Below, one piece after another: positions 1-15,684 of a stretch of DNA of 64,000 nt. The DNA is from the human T2T-CHM13v2.0 reference genome, Homo sapiens. The translations under genes were made by a program, and so were the position numbers. The DNA is taken from the NCBI RefSeq assembly GCF_009914755.1, contig NC_060926.1. One strand, 5' to 3'. The stretch's first letter is position 1; each line of letters begins with the position of its first letter. Under the pieces are notes generated by a model. It did not search any database. It saw only the letters and a program-made list of their open reading frames with translations, and had not been told where the DNA came from.

Positions 1-639
1 CATTTCCTCATCCTCCTTCCATTCTTTTAACTTCTACTATCTCTATTCAACATCCTCTCTTGAATATCATCAGAGACCCTGTAACTGCCTCAGCTCTTTA
101 TTAGTGATCATCCACAAAGATATTTTTCTGCAACAACTGGTTCAATAACATTTATCACAACTTTATCAAGACTTTCTCTTCACTGAGAATCCAAGATATT
201 AGATCCTCAAGTCTCTGTCTTGTTTCTCCTCCTATGTCCTCTGACAAAATTCTAAGCTCTTCTAATTGTCTCCCAACCCAACTGGGTTGCTCTTAGTCAC
301 TTGAACAAACCCTCAATTTTCTGTCCCTTTGCTCTTGACCTTCCATCCTTCATATCGCCTGATATATCTTAAAAGCTAGCTCTGCCCAGTGAAATTCTAG
401 GTATGCTTTAAGATCCAGTCCAAATGATATCTCTTCCACCAAGCTGAAATGTCACCTCTTTATAGCACTATCATCCCAATTTTTTTAGCCTCTCTTGTGG
501 CTCTTAATCTTATATGAATCTGGGTTATTGTTATTTATACACAGGCCTTATCCTCCTTACTAAGCCATAAATCCTTAAGGTTGCAAATTAGGTCTTTAAT
601 CTTTGTATCCACCCTCTGAACTCCCCACCATGGCCCCAT

Positions 640-1068
640 GAAAGAGACTGCCTCCACTTGCCAAAATTAATGTCTTCCTCTTCTCTCTGGGTAAATAGGT
701 GGACTGCATGTCCTTCCGTGCAGTTAGCTGTGGCCATGTGACCCAATTCTAGCTTAAGGAGTGTGAGCAGAAGTGGCGTGCACTACTTGTAGGCCTGGCT
801 CATAAAAACCTCCCAGCAAATTTCTGAACGTTCTTTCCTTTACTGCTCGAAAGATCTTGATACTCAGAATGACCTAGGAAGCCTCCTACTGAAGATGGCA
901 GAGCATCCATCAGCCTGGGTCCTGAATGACTACGTAGAGTAGAGCTTCCTCCCATCTTCTGCCCAAACCCCACTGCCCATATAAAAGACAAAAAAATTTC
1001 TATTTTCTTTGAGCCATTACATATTTAGGAGTTTATTTGCTTCAACAGTTAGCTATCTTAACTAACAC
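640..1068. mobile_element. MLT1-family (MaLR) solo LTR remnant
   Basis: gcagttagctgtggccatgtgacc..ttctagc, gaagatggcagagc and gagccatta..atttaggagtttatttg motifs. Confidence 0.6.
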
Positions 1069-1630
1069 ACCACCCAACAAAGGTACACAATGCAGAAATG
1101 TCTGATAAACGAAAAACAAATAATGAGTGAGCCTGAGTTTCAAAAGTAGAATTTCGAACCTAAGACAGTCCTTCTTCTAGAAAGAATAACTGAAAACTAG
1201 TACAAGCCAGCAGGCACAGAATAGAATGTTTGCTTCTTGTGCCCTTTAAAAATTGGATTTGGTTTCCATGTCATCCTTATTTGAAACAGAGCGCTAATAC
1301 AAATTACTTCTTCAGTGCCCTTCTAGGCCTAAGAATCTGATAACTTTCAAACATTAAGCCAAAATCCACTTGGAATGATGCTACAATCTCTTTAAAAAAA
1401 AAATCAGTGTTCATATTTTACAATTTGTTATTCTGGTTTATAATATGGTATAGTAGATCAACAGAATGAAATAGCCAATCAAACAGACCGGAGGACTCCA
1501 GCCTACATCCATTAAGACCATTTTCTCCTAACTGGTCTCCCTGGCCCTGGCCTCTCTCCACACCAATCCTGACCAATTTTTCTAAAACACGAATTTGGTT
1601 CTTTCACTCCCTTCCTCAGAATTCCTTGCT

Positions 1631-1880
1631 AGGAAGAGAAAACCAAATACCACATGTTCTGACTTATAAGTGGGAGCTAAACATTGAGCACACATGGACA
1701 TACACATGGGAACAACAGACACTGTGGACTACTAGAGAGGGGAGGAAGGGAGGAGGGCATGGGTTGAAAAACTAACTATCGGGTACTATGCTCACTATCT
1801 GGGTACAATATACCCATGTAACAAACCTGCACATGTGCCCCCTATAACTAAAATAAAAGTTGAAATTTTTTAAAAAAAAA
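1631..1880 (+). mobile_element. Old LINE-1 3' end (L1PA16/L1PB-like)
   Basis: aaaccaaataccacatgttct...tgggagctaaac...aacaaacctgcacatgt...aaaataaaagttgaaa. Confidence 0.75.
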
Positions 1881-2502
1881 TCCCTACTTGCTCCTTATCA
1901 CTCAAAAGAATAAAGTTCAACTTCTTAGCATGATATTAAAGGCCCTCCTTGATTTGTCCCCAAATGACCTTATCTGTTGTATCTCCCATGTGGTCAACAG
2001 CTCCCTACTCTAAGCCTCTGGTTCCGGCTCTCCCCACAATCCTGCTAAGTGCCGCCATACTTCTGTGCCTTCATGGATCCCTTGGCCTCAAGAGTCACTG
2101 CCTGGTTGCAACCCATTCTCCACCTACTAGAAGGCTTCTCATCCTGCAAGCTCTATTGCAAATGTTACATAATCCCTTAGAGCTTTCCGTGTCCTTTCAA
2201 AGTCAGAATATATTGTCAATTCTTATAATGCTATTTTAAAATTCCTAAAATTCTTGCTTGTTTGGAATTAATTTTAAATCCAGTGTTGTTCATTTGAAGA
2301 CCATAGGACAAAATACAAACAATATCCTGCACATTAAATATAGGTCAGAGCTATTTCTCTTTCTCACTGAGATCTATTATTTTTCAAATGTTGACATATG
2401 AAATCAGAAGATGTCCTAAATTTGAAATCTTCCATTTTGTCAGACCCTGACATTAACAAGAACAATGCTGCATGGAAGACACGTGCCATTTATGAATACT
2501 CA

Positions 2503-2613
<111 letters not shown>

Positions 2614-3319
2614 CTATAGCATAAAATCACTTATTAGAACTGACTTTCATAAGGGGAACCAAAGGAAACTGAGATGAAGGAGAACTTATGTACAAAACAA
2701 ATTCTAAAGCACGATTAGGGATGGATGAGAGAGGATTTGCATGAGATTCAGATAATCTATATTGCACTTCAGGGAAATGAGGAAATTAGCTCAATAGAAA
2801 ATGAGAGTAAGAGCAGCAAAATCACCTCCCAAGTTCCTACTTCCAACTCACCTAAAATTTCAGGAGGGAACATTTTTATGGATAAAAGGAAGATTCAGTT
2901 GGGAAAACATACAGAGCCACTGCCTAAAGAAACTGCAAAAATCCTTCAGGAGAGCTAAGAGAAATCTCTGGAAGACAAATGAGAACCCCACAGCTTTCCT
3001 GCACCCCACCAAGGCACTCGGTGGCCAGTTACTGCCAACACAGTTGATCAAAATAGTCCAAATTTACTCAGAGGTACAGTGAATTCTGTTCCAAGTCAAC
3101 AACCTAAACTGAAACACATGAGCTGAAATCTCTGCCCTGCCAGGTCCTGACTGTACAATCTGAGGCAAATAAATTCACCTCTTTGAACTTTATCAGTCAA
3201 ATATGGAAGGTCTGCGTAGACCTTACGGGACTAAGAGATAATACAGGTAAAGCAGCACACCACCCAGCACAACTATGTTCAATAAACTTCTATTGTTTAA
3301 TTGGTCCATCTGTTGGTCA

Positions 3320-3460
3320 CTTACTATATATGAGGTATTAGAGCAAGCATTATTGTATTCGATCCTCATAAACAATTCTGTGAGGTAGATCCCATTATTT
3401 TTCTCAATACAGATGGAGAAAAAGAGGCCTACAGAGGTTTAGTGGCTTTCCCAAGGCTGT
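3320..3460 (-). mobile_element. MIR remnant (similar remnants near 4385, 27230, 40260, 42060, 48500, 55520 and 62710)
   Basis: tgtgaggtag..attatt..acagatggagaaaaagaggc..cccaagg core. Confidence 0.55.
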
Positions 3461-3698
3461 CTGTGATTATTACTGTTATAATCACAGTGTTAACAGGGCC
3501 CTGATACAGCACATAGAAATATAGTTTATTGGACTAGAAAGAAGTTTCTTACAGCAATGAAGCTATTTTAATACGTACCTAAGACAGTCTAACAGACAAT
3601 TAGTAAGAAATTAGAAAATGTCTGTTGATTTTTGCATTAAGGTTTTTCTATAAAATTGCTTTTCAATACAAATAGATTATTTGTGTTTCTCTGTCTCT

Positions 3699-3762
3699 CA
3701 TACATGCGTGTGCACGTGTGTGCACGCATTCACACGCACACATACACACACACACACATATA
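3699..3762. repeat. Alternating purine-pyrimidine (CA/TG) microsatellite
   Basis: catacatgcgtgtgcacgtgtgtgcacgcattcacacgcacacatacacacacacacacata. Confidence 0.85.
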
Positions 3763-4570
3763 TCCTTCTTCTTTCCCTCATTCTTTTCTCTAAATTTTTT
3801 TCTCTGCCTATTGTCTGGTATCTTTCACTCTTGCTTGGACTAAGGTAGCTTTTCTTTTCTCGGTTTGCCTCTTTCTGCTACAATCTCTCTCCTTTTCCTA
3901 AGACTAAGGATCTCTTTGGTTCACAGTTCCTTTTCTTGCTTTCTGGAATATATAGAGCTCTCTCTCACACGGCCATTCTGTAGGCTTCACAATTCAGCTA
4001 TAAAATTTCTTTTAGTGGATGGGAACACAGCTACCCCTAGTGGATAATAGTTTCTTCAATGTTTCTCTTATTTTCAAGTTGGAGTTAAACACGAACTACT
4101 CTTAGGCAGGAAGGAATATTATACAGGTAAACAGAAAGTGAATATGATTCCTATTTTCTTAATTAATCCAACAATCACCTGGAAGACTTACTTACAATTT
4201 AAATGACCTAAGGGGAAACACCAGTTAAACCATTAAAAGGGCAGTTTGCCCTTGGATCATTATTCTCACAGGTCTTTCATGGATTTTCTAAAAATATTGA
4301 TCATTTGAGGGAAACAGCACTCTGTATTTACAGGATACCTCAGTGTTATGAAGTACTTTTACTTCCTCAGCCATAAACTCCACTGTACAGATGAGAAAAC
4401 AGGCTCAGAGAAGTTAAGTAATTTGTCCAAGGTCGAATAGCTCATGAGTGGAGAAAATGCAGTGTTGTCCCCAGTCATAAAATGCATTTCCATGCTTCAG
4501 GGTCTTTATTCAACTGTTTTTCTCTCCTGGGACACCTTTTCCCTACGTCTTCATTTGGCAGAAATAAAAA

Positions 4571-4905
4571 CAGTCATCCCCCTCATCCATGGGGGACAAA
4601 TTCCAAGATCACCAATGGATGCCTGAAACCTCAGATAGTACTGAATGCTATATATACTATATTTTTTCCTACACATACACACCTATGACAAAGTTTAATT
4701 TATAAATTAGACATGGTAAGAGATTAACCATAATCTGAAAATAGAACAATTATAAAAATATACTGTAATAACAATTATGTGAATGTGGTCTCTCTCTCTC
4801 TCCTCCCTTTTAAATATCTTATTGTGCTGTACTCACATATTCTCAGGCCACTGCAGGTAACTGAAACCTCGGAAAGTGAAACCCTCCGATAAGGAAGGAT
4901 GTATT
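4571..4905 (-). mobile_element. MER44-like non-autonomous TcMar-Tigger DNA transposon
   Basis: Degenerate termini cagtcatccccctcatcc...gataaggaagg; internal sequence matches MER44A as recalled. Confidence 0.7.
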
Positions 4906-5991
4906 AGTCATCTTTCAAGACTCAGCTCACAAGTAACCATGAATGGGAAATCTGCATGCTCTCTCCCCTCACTTATACCTCTGCCTCCAATCACTAGCAC
5001 TTTATATTCACTGGCCTTATCACACTTATGACACTGGAGCACAGGTATTTGTTTATGTATCCATCTCACAGATATGTGAGCTTCTTAAAGACAGAAAAAA
5101 AATGTTTATTCATCTTAGGATATCCAGGATCAACTGATCCATAGAAAGCATTTCCTAGTGCTCATTAAATGAATGAATAAAATGAGCAAGCAACCCAGAC
5201 TCAAAGCCAGGTCTTTGGACTCCAAATCAAAATATCTTTCCTCTGTACCACACTGCATCAGGGCATAATTAGAAACTTTTGGTTCATGTGGTTAAAGTGG
5301 CCTTACCAATCCATACACACATGCACGCTCAGTTATTCTCCAACTGGCCACTACTGCATTGTACCTAACACTAATGGGAAAGACACGTTCCCTGCTTTTG
5401 GAAAACTATCAGTTTAAAAGAAGAGAACCCCATTTACTAATCAAGAGACCAAGAGATAAAATAAGAGCATATTAATTGCCATTTGGAATTAAGACAGCTT
5501 TGCACTGGGTGGACTTTAGAGAGATGTGAGTTTGGTAGTAAGGGTCTTAGGCAGTAGATGTTGCCTGTTTAATGGGAGGATGATAGTCTTAGTTGAAATC
5601 ATGAAAAATATTTTCTGCCACTGTCAAAGAGGGTTAAACCAGTCTGGATTGCCGGAGTTGTAGTTTATAAAAGTGCAAAGAGAGAATACTGCTCAGGAAT
5701 TAGAGCAGTGAAGCTGACCATTTAAGACATCTTCTTAGCTTTTGTGGGCCTTGGTTTCTGATGTAAAAAAATAAAAATAAAAAAAAGAGTTTGAACCAGA
5801 GGAGCCTCCAAGGGGCCCTTCATGTTAACACCTGATAATTCTACCTGGCTTGAGATACTTGTGCACACTGCAAATTTCCCTCTCATCACAAATGGCTACC
5901 AGACCTGCCTGCCCTCAGGAATGTTGTGAGGATTAAATTAGATGCTAGTGAAAGATCTTTGTAAACTCAAGCGCTGTTCCAGTGAGAGCTC

Positions 5992-6130
5992 TTTTCTCTG
6001 CCTGGGACACCTTTTCCCTATTTCTTCATTTGGCAGAAATAAAAACAGTCATCTGCACTCAACCATGGGGGATACATTCCAAGATCACCAAGGGATGCAT
6101 GAAACCTCAGATAGTACCGAACTCTACATA
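5992..6130 (+). repeat. Dispersed local duplicate of about 4518-4655 (unique flank plus MER44 terminus)
   Basis: cctgggacaccttttcccta..tcttcatttggcagaaataaaaacagtcatc occurs in both copies. Confidence 0.9.
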
Positions 6131-6806
6131 GGCTGTGTTCTTAGTCTACAGAGAGTGCTTTTTAGTATAGATAGGTGCTCTAAATTAGCCAGCAGGCTGC
6201 TGTGCGCCTTGCTCATCTTCAGTATCTTTCTGAATGCTCCAGAGAAAAACCGTCTTGCCAGCTGGTGCCCACCTAAAGCAGTGGATTGTCAGGGCTCTGC
6301 TAACTATCCCCCTCCAAAAACTTCTCCTTGTTTTGGGAAGTTTCACTTTCAAAATTATTGTGAATTAATAATCCCTTCCATGTTTTACCCTTCTCTCAGA
6401 GTGGAGCAAACCAACACTAGTCAAGTTACCTCTGACTTACTTCATGTGATTTCATACCTGTGCCTCATCTAGAATTTCTTCTGGGAATTAGAGTAAAAAG
6501 AACACTTATCTTGAAGAAGAGAGTATCAAAGGAATTAGAATCAAGTTTCTACTTTCTGTTTTGCTGTTAGAAAAACTGTACTGGAGCCATAGAAAGATTT
6601 CCATCTAAGAACAGAGGCAAACTATAAATTTGGTTGAGAACTGAAATAGCATTGAAGATTAGATGAGGAAACATAGTAAAATTCTCTGCTTACCATAATC
6701 TTCCCTTTATGTTGAATTCCTTATGCAACTTTTATTTATCTTCTTATATATTATTTTGTAAATTACCTAAAATACTTTTATAGCAACAAGGTAGTATTGA
6801 TAATTA

Positions 6807-7170
<364 letters not shown>

Positions 7171-7345
7171 TTAAAAAAAATTTTAAGGTGGTTTTCCTCT
7201 TTCACTTCAGAGACTTTGATAGTTAACACTAATATCTTTTCCCTTTTTCTTTTTGCTTAAAAATGATTCCAAAATCCACGTGAGATCTATTCCTGAGACT
7301 AGAGTTTACATCAATCTAAATCCAATGTTTGTGTAAGTAGTATTA

Positions 7346-7567
<222 letters not shown>

Positions 7568-8457
7568 TCACTGTGGCTACTGCCAGCTGCTGTATTTCTT
7601 GAACAGTCCTTACACTCAGAGGAAAGGCAAACAAAGGTTCAGCACCACTGGGTAGGCTTCAAACGATTTTTCAGTGTGTCACAGGAATACACAAGGCTTA
7701 CCATTCAGGCTATCTCCAGTACTGGCTACAGAGATAGTTCTTAACTACCACAAGCATACAAGTCATGAGAAAAACCCAAGTCACAGATGTGGATCAGAAG
7801 ACCAGGAGTATATTTTGTATATAGGTGACAAACATGAAACACAAAGATTTTTCTTCTCTTCCTCCTTTATAGTCTTCTTGCTCTTTCCCTATTCTTACAG
7901 GTTTTTTCCCTGAAGGCTGAAGAAAATGACCTCTGAGGAAGAGAACTGGAGAAGTGTTCATTCTTACCCTAGAGGCAAATATTCTAAAGGATTCTAAAGG
8001 AAGGCCCCAGCACCACATCAAATGCTTTCACTAAATTCCCTTAGGGAGCTACTACTTTTGTCTTGAGTTTTGATCATTTTTATATTCGTCGAATATTTTC
8101 TACTAGCTTAAGACTCCTCTAGGGGCAAGCATTGTGACTGCTGCTTCTTGGCATGTATTCTGTGGTTAGAAGCAGGTAATTCAGTGCAGGGCAAATCATA
8201 GGCACTTCTGGAAAATACTTGCTGAATGAGTAAATAATACACAATAGCTTAAATTTGTTTCTTATTCTGAAGCTAAAGAGTGTTATGATTTTTGCTCCAG
8301 GCCAAGCTCACATATATACCCCTCATTGAATCAAAAAACTTAGGGATAAATTTATTTCCACATTGTTTCCCTTTTACTCACATGACAAAAGTTTGCTTAT
8401 AAGAAAACATCAGTGCAGGCAGGCTCTTCAAGAATAAATTATATACTTTGAATGTTA

Positions 8458-8655
<198 letters not shown>

Positions 8656-9149
8656 TCAGTCAAAATCATATCCCACTATTCCCAGACATTTAGAGTAATG
8701 GAAGGCAATAGCCTGTTACCATCATATGGGCTAAAATGACATTGCAGCATTGCAGCAATAAATATAATGTACTTCATCAGACAAGCATGGGCCTTTCCCA
8801 GGGTTTCAGTGGGCTGCTGGACCACAAGACCTCCAACCCCACATACAACGCTGTCTGGACTTTTTCAAGGCAGGTTGGTATTTATCTTACTCTTCATTAA
8901 GTCCTTACTTACACTAATAAACCACCCATGTTTGCTAAACCTCACAGACAGGAAGTTCTTCCACTTCTACACACAGACAAACCTCACTCACACTGATCTC
9001 AGGGAAAGGAGAGTTGAGTTTTGAAAAAAAAAAAGTGAAAAAAATCATTGAGACTATTCTTGTGAAAGGCAGCTTACTAGTTTTAAGAATGTTCCAAAAA
9101 TAAAACAACACTACAAAGTGTTGCCTAGTATTTATTGAGACTTTAATAA

Positions 9150-9370
9150 ATAAATCCAATGTATAATCCTATCAGTTGTTACTTGACTAGTGTCTCTCTT
9201 CCCTATAAGATTTTAACTCCCAAAGGTCAATGACTGTGTCTGATTTGCTCATTATTGTGTCCCAGGGCCTGGTACTCAGAGCCTGGCATAAAATAGTTGC
9301 CCAATAAATGTTTGCTAACTAAATGGATGACCATATGACTGCATTAATGGATGAATGTATAAGTGAATAA
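9150..9370 (+). mobile_element. L2 3' end remnant
   Basis: gcctggcata..caataaatgtttg..aatggatga. Confidence 0.55.
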
Positions 9371-12300
9371 GTAAACAGTATCTTCCAAAGTTCTCAAAAC
9401 TGTCTACACATTGTAATTTAAACATTCCCATAATATCTTAAACTATCAGTTCACTTATCTCCTTAATAGATAATAAAAGTTCCTTTTTCAAAAATAATTT
9501 AATCTTTATCCTGATCCCCATCAAGAGTGGGGTTTTAAAATTCCTCTCTGAGAAAAGGAAAACTTTTGAATCTAAGTTTTGGGTTAAGATATATGTATAA
9601 GATATATCACATATTAAGACAAAGTATGAAATGATTAATCATTACACAACTTTCATAAGCTAAAAATGATGTTTTCATTATTTTTATAATCCGGGAAGCT
9701 TTCCATCTTCAGCAGGATGACTTGGTCATTTTTTCTTTACTTATTTTCACATCTCATTAGCTTTTTCTTGTTCCTATCATTTCTATTACTGAGAAATAAC
9801 CCAGTCTTTATTAACCTAGGACAAATTTAAATTTAGTCTAATGTAAATTTCGCAACTATTAATGCTTTACATTTTTCAAGTACTACAATGTAGAGTCTTC
9901 CACAACAAGCCTGCAAAGTTGTTTTCAGCTGGAGCAAATGAGATTTGCAGGAGCTCTGTGACTTCTGCAGGAAACAGTAATAGGAGATGGACCCTGGCTC
10001 ATTCACTTCCAGGCCCTTCTTCTCTCAGCTGCTCCACATTGCCTCTCTTCTGAACAACTGCAATTGCAATAAAAATCGCTTCTCATTGATTGAGAATATG
10101 CGCCATACTGCATGCATCAGGTAAGTATTTCCCTTAATTTATCTCCCTCAAGTTTCCTAATCTTGTTTGTTAGATAGGTCCTCCCTCAATTTGCAAATAA
10201 GACACAAAGAAATCAAGCAATTTAAACGAGGTCACACAACCAGGACTCCTGGACTCCAAAATCTACGTTTTTCATCACTACACTGCAAATACCGCAGGCC
10301 AGGTACTATTTCTTGAGTATCAAATTACCACTCATTTCATTTGGTTTAACTGCAACAGTAAAAAAAAAAAAAAAATGCTAGATTATGAGTTTCAGCTGTA
10401 CCAAGAAATTATATTGAGATGATATTTAATTATTTATTGATTATCTGTTATTAATGTTCACTGGCTCAGTAGAAACTATCTCTGTCCCAGTTTTATGGGG
10501 GACTTTAAATTTTTACTCACTTACGTAAGATCTGATCCTGCCCTTTTGAATGGGTCATCTCCCTTTGCTTAATTGGAATAATTCTCAACCAAAGCATTGT
10601 TTAGGGCCTAAAAACTTTGCATATCTCATCCATTATGCATGGGCCTTCTTGACTCTTCCATGGTGCTCTTCCCTTAAGCACCACCCGCTTCTACTGCTTC
10701 CTGGGGATCATGTCTCAAGCCCTTTATCTGATAACTGCTGATGTACTGAGAACGTTTACCACCAATGAACATTTGCAAGCAATGGACCAGAGAACAGGAT
10801 CTCCTGCAATGCTGCGCTGGCTGAAACTGTGAGCATCATGGTGGGGGATGATGCCAGGGGAGTAATAGAAAGGAACTGGCCAGTAAGACAACAGGTGGCG
10901 CAGGGAGATGCCTGAAAAGTGCTATATGGGAAAGCAAAAAGAAGTGACTTCACAACACTGCACACATTTCTACGGAGCAAACGGGTAAAAATCAGAGGAC
11001 TGGGGAAGTAACAAAAATGGATATTGGAGAGCTTGTCATTCACTCAACATTTACTGAGTGCCACCATGTACCACGAAGTGCCACAGGCAATAAGCATACA
11101 TCTACAGACCAGGTAGAGGCTTTATCCTCAAGGAACGCAGCATCTAGAGGGCAAGACCAAGTATATGAGCCCTTACAATTATGACAATGGCATGAAGGGG
11201 TAGGCACAGAATCATCTAGGGTTGGATGGAAAGGAATTCAGGAGGTGGTGACGGTTAAGTAGGTCAGTGTGTCTCTGTCTTTTGAAGTTAAAGATCATCT
11301 CTTCATTTCTATTTTCCATGTCATAATCCCATTAATGTTAGTGTCAGCAGAGTCATGAAGACACTATAGTCAGGAATGAGAACTCAGTGTTGTAATTGAA
11401 CGACAATATATATGACCCCCAAACCTAGGTCCTCCTTAAGTCATACCCTGCACAAGCTGATCAGCACTGCAGCCTTCCCTGGAGCAAGGACAAGGAGTGT
11501 TCTCTTATCTTGCACAAAATCACTGAAGCAAGTGCCTTGTGCCCCTGAGACCGAGTCAGAAGTCTATTTGTATTTGGAGTAATTTTAGGGGTGCTGAGGT
11601 GATGTTTGGCTTGAGTTTTGTTTGTTCATTTGGTTTTGGCATTGTGGGGAATATATTTTCTAAAGAATTTAAAAAGTCTCATACAGAGAAAGCACTCATT
11701 ATAACATAAAATTAGAAATAAGTAGAACCATCTCATAATTCCCCTATCCAACTGTAACCACTATTGGCACTTGTGTGTTTTTGCTTCCAGAAACTTGTGT
11801 GTTTTTTAATGCATGTTTTTACAAGGCCAATATTGTGCAATATCTGCTTCTTTTACTTAACAGCATCACAGAAGCACTTCTACATATATTCCAGCCTCTT
11901 AGTAAACACTAGTTGAAAAGCTATTCAACAATCAAATCAAGTAAAATGTTTCCACCTATAAATGTTAACAAGTTTTCTAAACTTCTTGTTGGGGAAAAAA
12001 AAATGTGGAAACCTTTTTTCATTTAACATATATTGGCAATCAGTTACTCAGCTGGTGCTCTGAAACCTACTGGGAAATACTTAAAAAGTTCCACTTCGGT
12101 AAAGTCAACCCATGAGAAAACCACTAGTGGAATTATTTGTGAAACAACAAAAGGCACTATTTAAAATTAACACTTATCAATCATCATCAGAGAGTAATAT
12201 TGATTACACCAACCCCCAATGTGCAATTCAACAGTCTTTGTGTGCTGAAAGAATGCTTTGTATCCGAAATGTCTACAGCCCAGTTTAATCTTCTCCTGAA

Positions 12301-13058
12301 AGACTCTAGGAACACACTAAATTAAACAATGTCAACGAGGATTAGGTACATAATAAGTCTCTGAGGAAAAATGGCAAGTGCCAGTCCCTCTGTGAGAATT
12401 ACCAATAATTAAAATCTTTCATCATGAAAGTATCATTGCACAATATTACATGCTGATGGAATTTGATTTTCAGTAAGCCTACATCTGCATAATATCTAAA
12501 CACTAAAAGTTTCCTGAATTCAGTATATATTTTCCATTCTAGATTAGGACTAAATTTCCTTCTAGATTAGGACTCTATTATCTCTTAATTTAGGAATATG
12601 TGATCATTAAACATTTAAGTTGAACTTGTCTACAGCAATTTTCATCAGTATCAAAATATATTCATTCAGTTCTCTTCACTGAGAAACGAAAGGGAACTTG
12701 GGTTTAGAGTAACTTCTTAGATTTTTAAGCAATAAGGAATTATATTTTTAAGTGTATTATATACAAGTACACACTCCAGAAGAAATCTCTTTTGTGAACT
12801 GGATGCAACTTTTCCTTCTTTTCTTACTCCCTTAAGTACTTGGTATAATCCTCCACACACTCTTCAATCGACCCAATAAAATATCTCTAGGATGAGATAA
12901 ATATTAAATTGCTCAGTCACTTGTAATATCTCATACCAACACAATTCTCCTTCTTAAAGTATCAGATGGTAATAGTAACAGTACTGAAATTGGAGTCAGA
13001 AGACCCAGGCTAGAACACTCATTAACTATTGGTTATAAGAATAAAAATGAGACAATGG

Positions 13059-13383
13059 AGCCAGGTGCAGTGGTCCACGTCTGTAATCCCAGCACTTTGG
13101 GAGGCTAAGGCAAGTGGATGGCCTGAGGGCAGAACTTGGAGACCAGCCTGGGCAACATGGCAAAACCCGGTCTCTACAAAAAATACAAAAATTAGCCGGG
13201 TGTGGTGGCGTGCACCTATAGTCTCATCTACTCAGGAGGCTGAGGTGGGAGAATCACAGGGGCCCGGAAAGTGGAGGCTACAGTGAGCTATGATTACGCC
13301 ATTGCACTACAGTCTGGGCATCAGAGCAAGACCCTGTCTCAGAAAGAAAAAAAAAAAAAAGAAAGAAAAAAGAAAAAAAAAAG
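13059..13383 (+). mobile_element. AluJ-like
   Basis: Dimeric Alu, flanking repeat gagacaatgga. Confidence 0.88.
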
Positions 13384-13734
13384 AGGGAGAAAGAGACAAT
13401 GGACATAAAAAATGAAGCTGTACACAAACATTGAGAATGTTTACTTCTTAGGTGAAGAATTTGGAACTTCCCATTATCATGGCTTGTCAGAGAAGTCTAA
13501 CTGTACCCAGGTGAGAGAAAATATGAGGTTACAGATTGTTCAATTACATGCACAGATAACATTAGTTCCATATACAGAAACTATATTACAACCAAGGCAC
13601 ACAGTGACATCACCCCATACAACACACATCATTCTGCAGACACCTGAGGAATCAAAGGACACAGCACATGTTCAGTCGCAATTGGTTTTAGAGTTTCCAC
13701 TGCTTGGCACAAACTATGACCAGCTCCATCTTCA

Positions 13735-13953
<219 letters not shown>

Positions 13954-14469
13954 TCATGCTCTTAGTGTCCTTCCAGAGGCCCCAGTACAGGGGGGCTTAA
14001 GTACGTTGTTACCCCTGTTGTTTTCTTTTGTTTTGTTTTCACCGAACTACTCACACTTTCAACTTCCCTAGCATCAGGCTTTCAACTTAGAATTCATAAG
14101 AGACACGAGAGAGGAGAATGACTCAAGGTTACAGATCAATCCAGTCTATAACTGGATTATGAACAAACAGCCACTGAGTAATCTGGAACTTGTAATAGAA
14201 ATATGATGCCAAATAATCTGTCTCCTTACCTGACCTAAAAGAGATCTTTTTGCATTAAAAAAAAAAAGTTGTGTGTTTGATGTGTGACCTTGTAGTTTAC
14301 CTAGAGTTTTCCAGATTTTGGTTAGATAATAATCTTTTATTTTTCTACTGATGATATCTCTGTGTGTCTCTGCACCTTGAAAATCAGGATTCTGTGTGGT
14401 CCCCACACACAGGATGTTTCCTAGATCCTATACATTTTTATTACACATACCATGTTATTAATAGATTAT

Positions 14470-14950
14470 TAATCCATTCATTCACCAGAAAAATGGTAGG
14501 TATTCTGGTAGGTATTCACTGTAAACCAAACACCATTCTAAGCACTGGGGACACTATAAAAGTGGAGTATATATTCGAGCAAAAAGAAACAACTAAACTC
14601 AGAGAGAGAGAGAGAGATTTCAGAACATGAGGGTAAAGAGCAAAAGAATTATGAGGGGGTGGCTATTTTAGGTAGAGCGGTCAATGAGGGCCTCTCTGAG
14701 AAAGTGACATTTGGGTAGAATCCTAAATGGCACGCGAAGCAACTCATGCAGAGATCTGGAAGAGAGATGTTCCAGGCAGAGGGAAGAGCTAGCGCAGAAG
14801 CTGAGAGGCAGGAGTCGCCTGCTGTGCTTTTGGACCATAATGAAATCCAATGTGGCAACAGCGAGTGGGAGAAGAGAGCAGGGAAATAGCAGCAGCCACA
14901 TGCTGAAGGGTGTGAGAAACAATTGGAGAGTTTTGAGGAGAGAGGATTAA
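14470..14950 (-). mobile_element. L2 remnant
   Basis: cattcattca..ttctaagcactgggga, agggaggcctctctgag-like and ttccaggcagagggaa motifs. Confidence 0.55.
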
Positions 14951-15462
14951 GTGAAGATTAAGTGACTTATCTCCCTCTCCCACCAGAAAGAACAGTACGG
15001 ATGCCAAGTCTTTCACCTAGACACCCGTACCATGCACTTTAGGACAACTCGTGCTGGCTACAGCAGAGCACCTAGAAGGCAGTGGTGCCATAATAAACTA
15101 GTCCTAAAAGTAAGCTGCTTTCAATCAGAGTGGTAGCGGTAAGAGGATCGAAGGCACTATCTGGTCTGTACTCCATTTGTCAGCTGAGGAAACGGAGACT
15201 CATGTGAGGGTCACAGAGGTAGCAGCCAAATGCTGAAATGATATAATTCAGATGTGCTGTTATTATATCCTAGGTTTGAAATTTCCATGGTAAATAAAAG
15301 TAATGGCAATGTCAGGACTAGGGAAAGTATATAGTGGGGTGGTTTGTAAAGAGAAAAGGAAAATGTATTGCCCAAACAAATGGGTCTGTAACAGTGTACA
15401 TTTAGCATTCCCAGGGTCAGTGTTTTTCAAGCTACTCCCAGGCAGGATGTTTCTCTGTATCA

Positions 15463-15684
<222 letters not shown>

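Noticed and set aside
5942-6472. 176-aa + strand ORF
   Set aside because: Non-ATG-dependent chance frame is likely: it runs across the MER44-containing duplicate and intronic DNA, has no recognisable domain and is antisense to LRP2
12531-12574. Short direct repeat ttctagattaggact x2
   Set aside because: Ordinary micro-duplication with no sign of function
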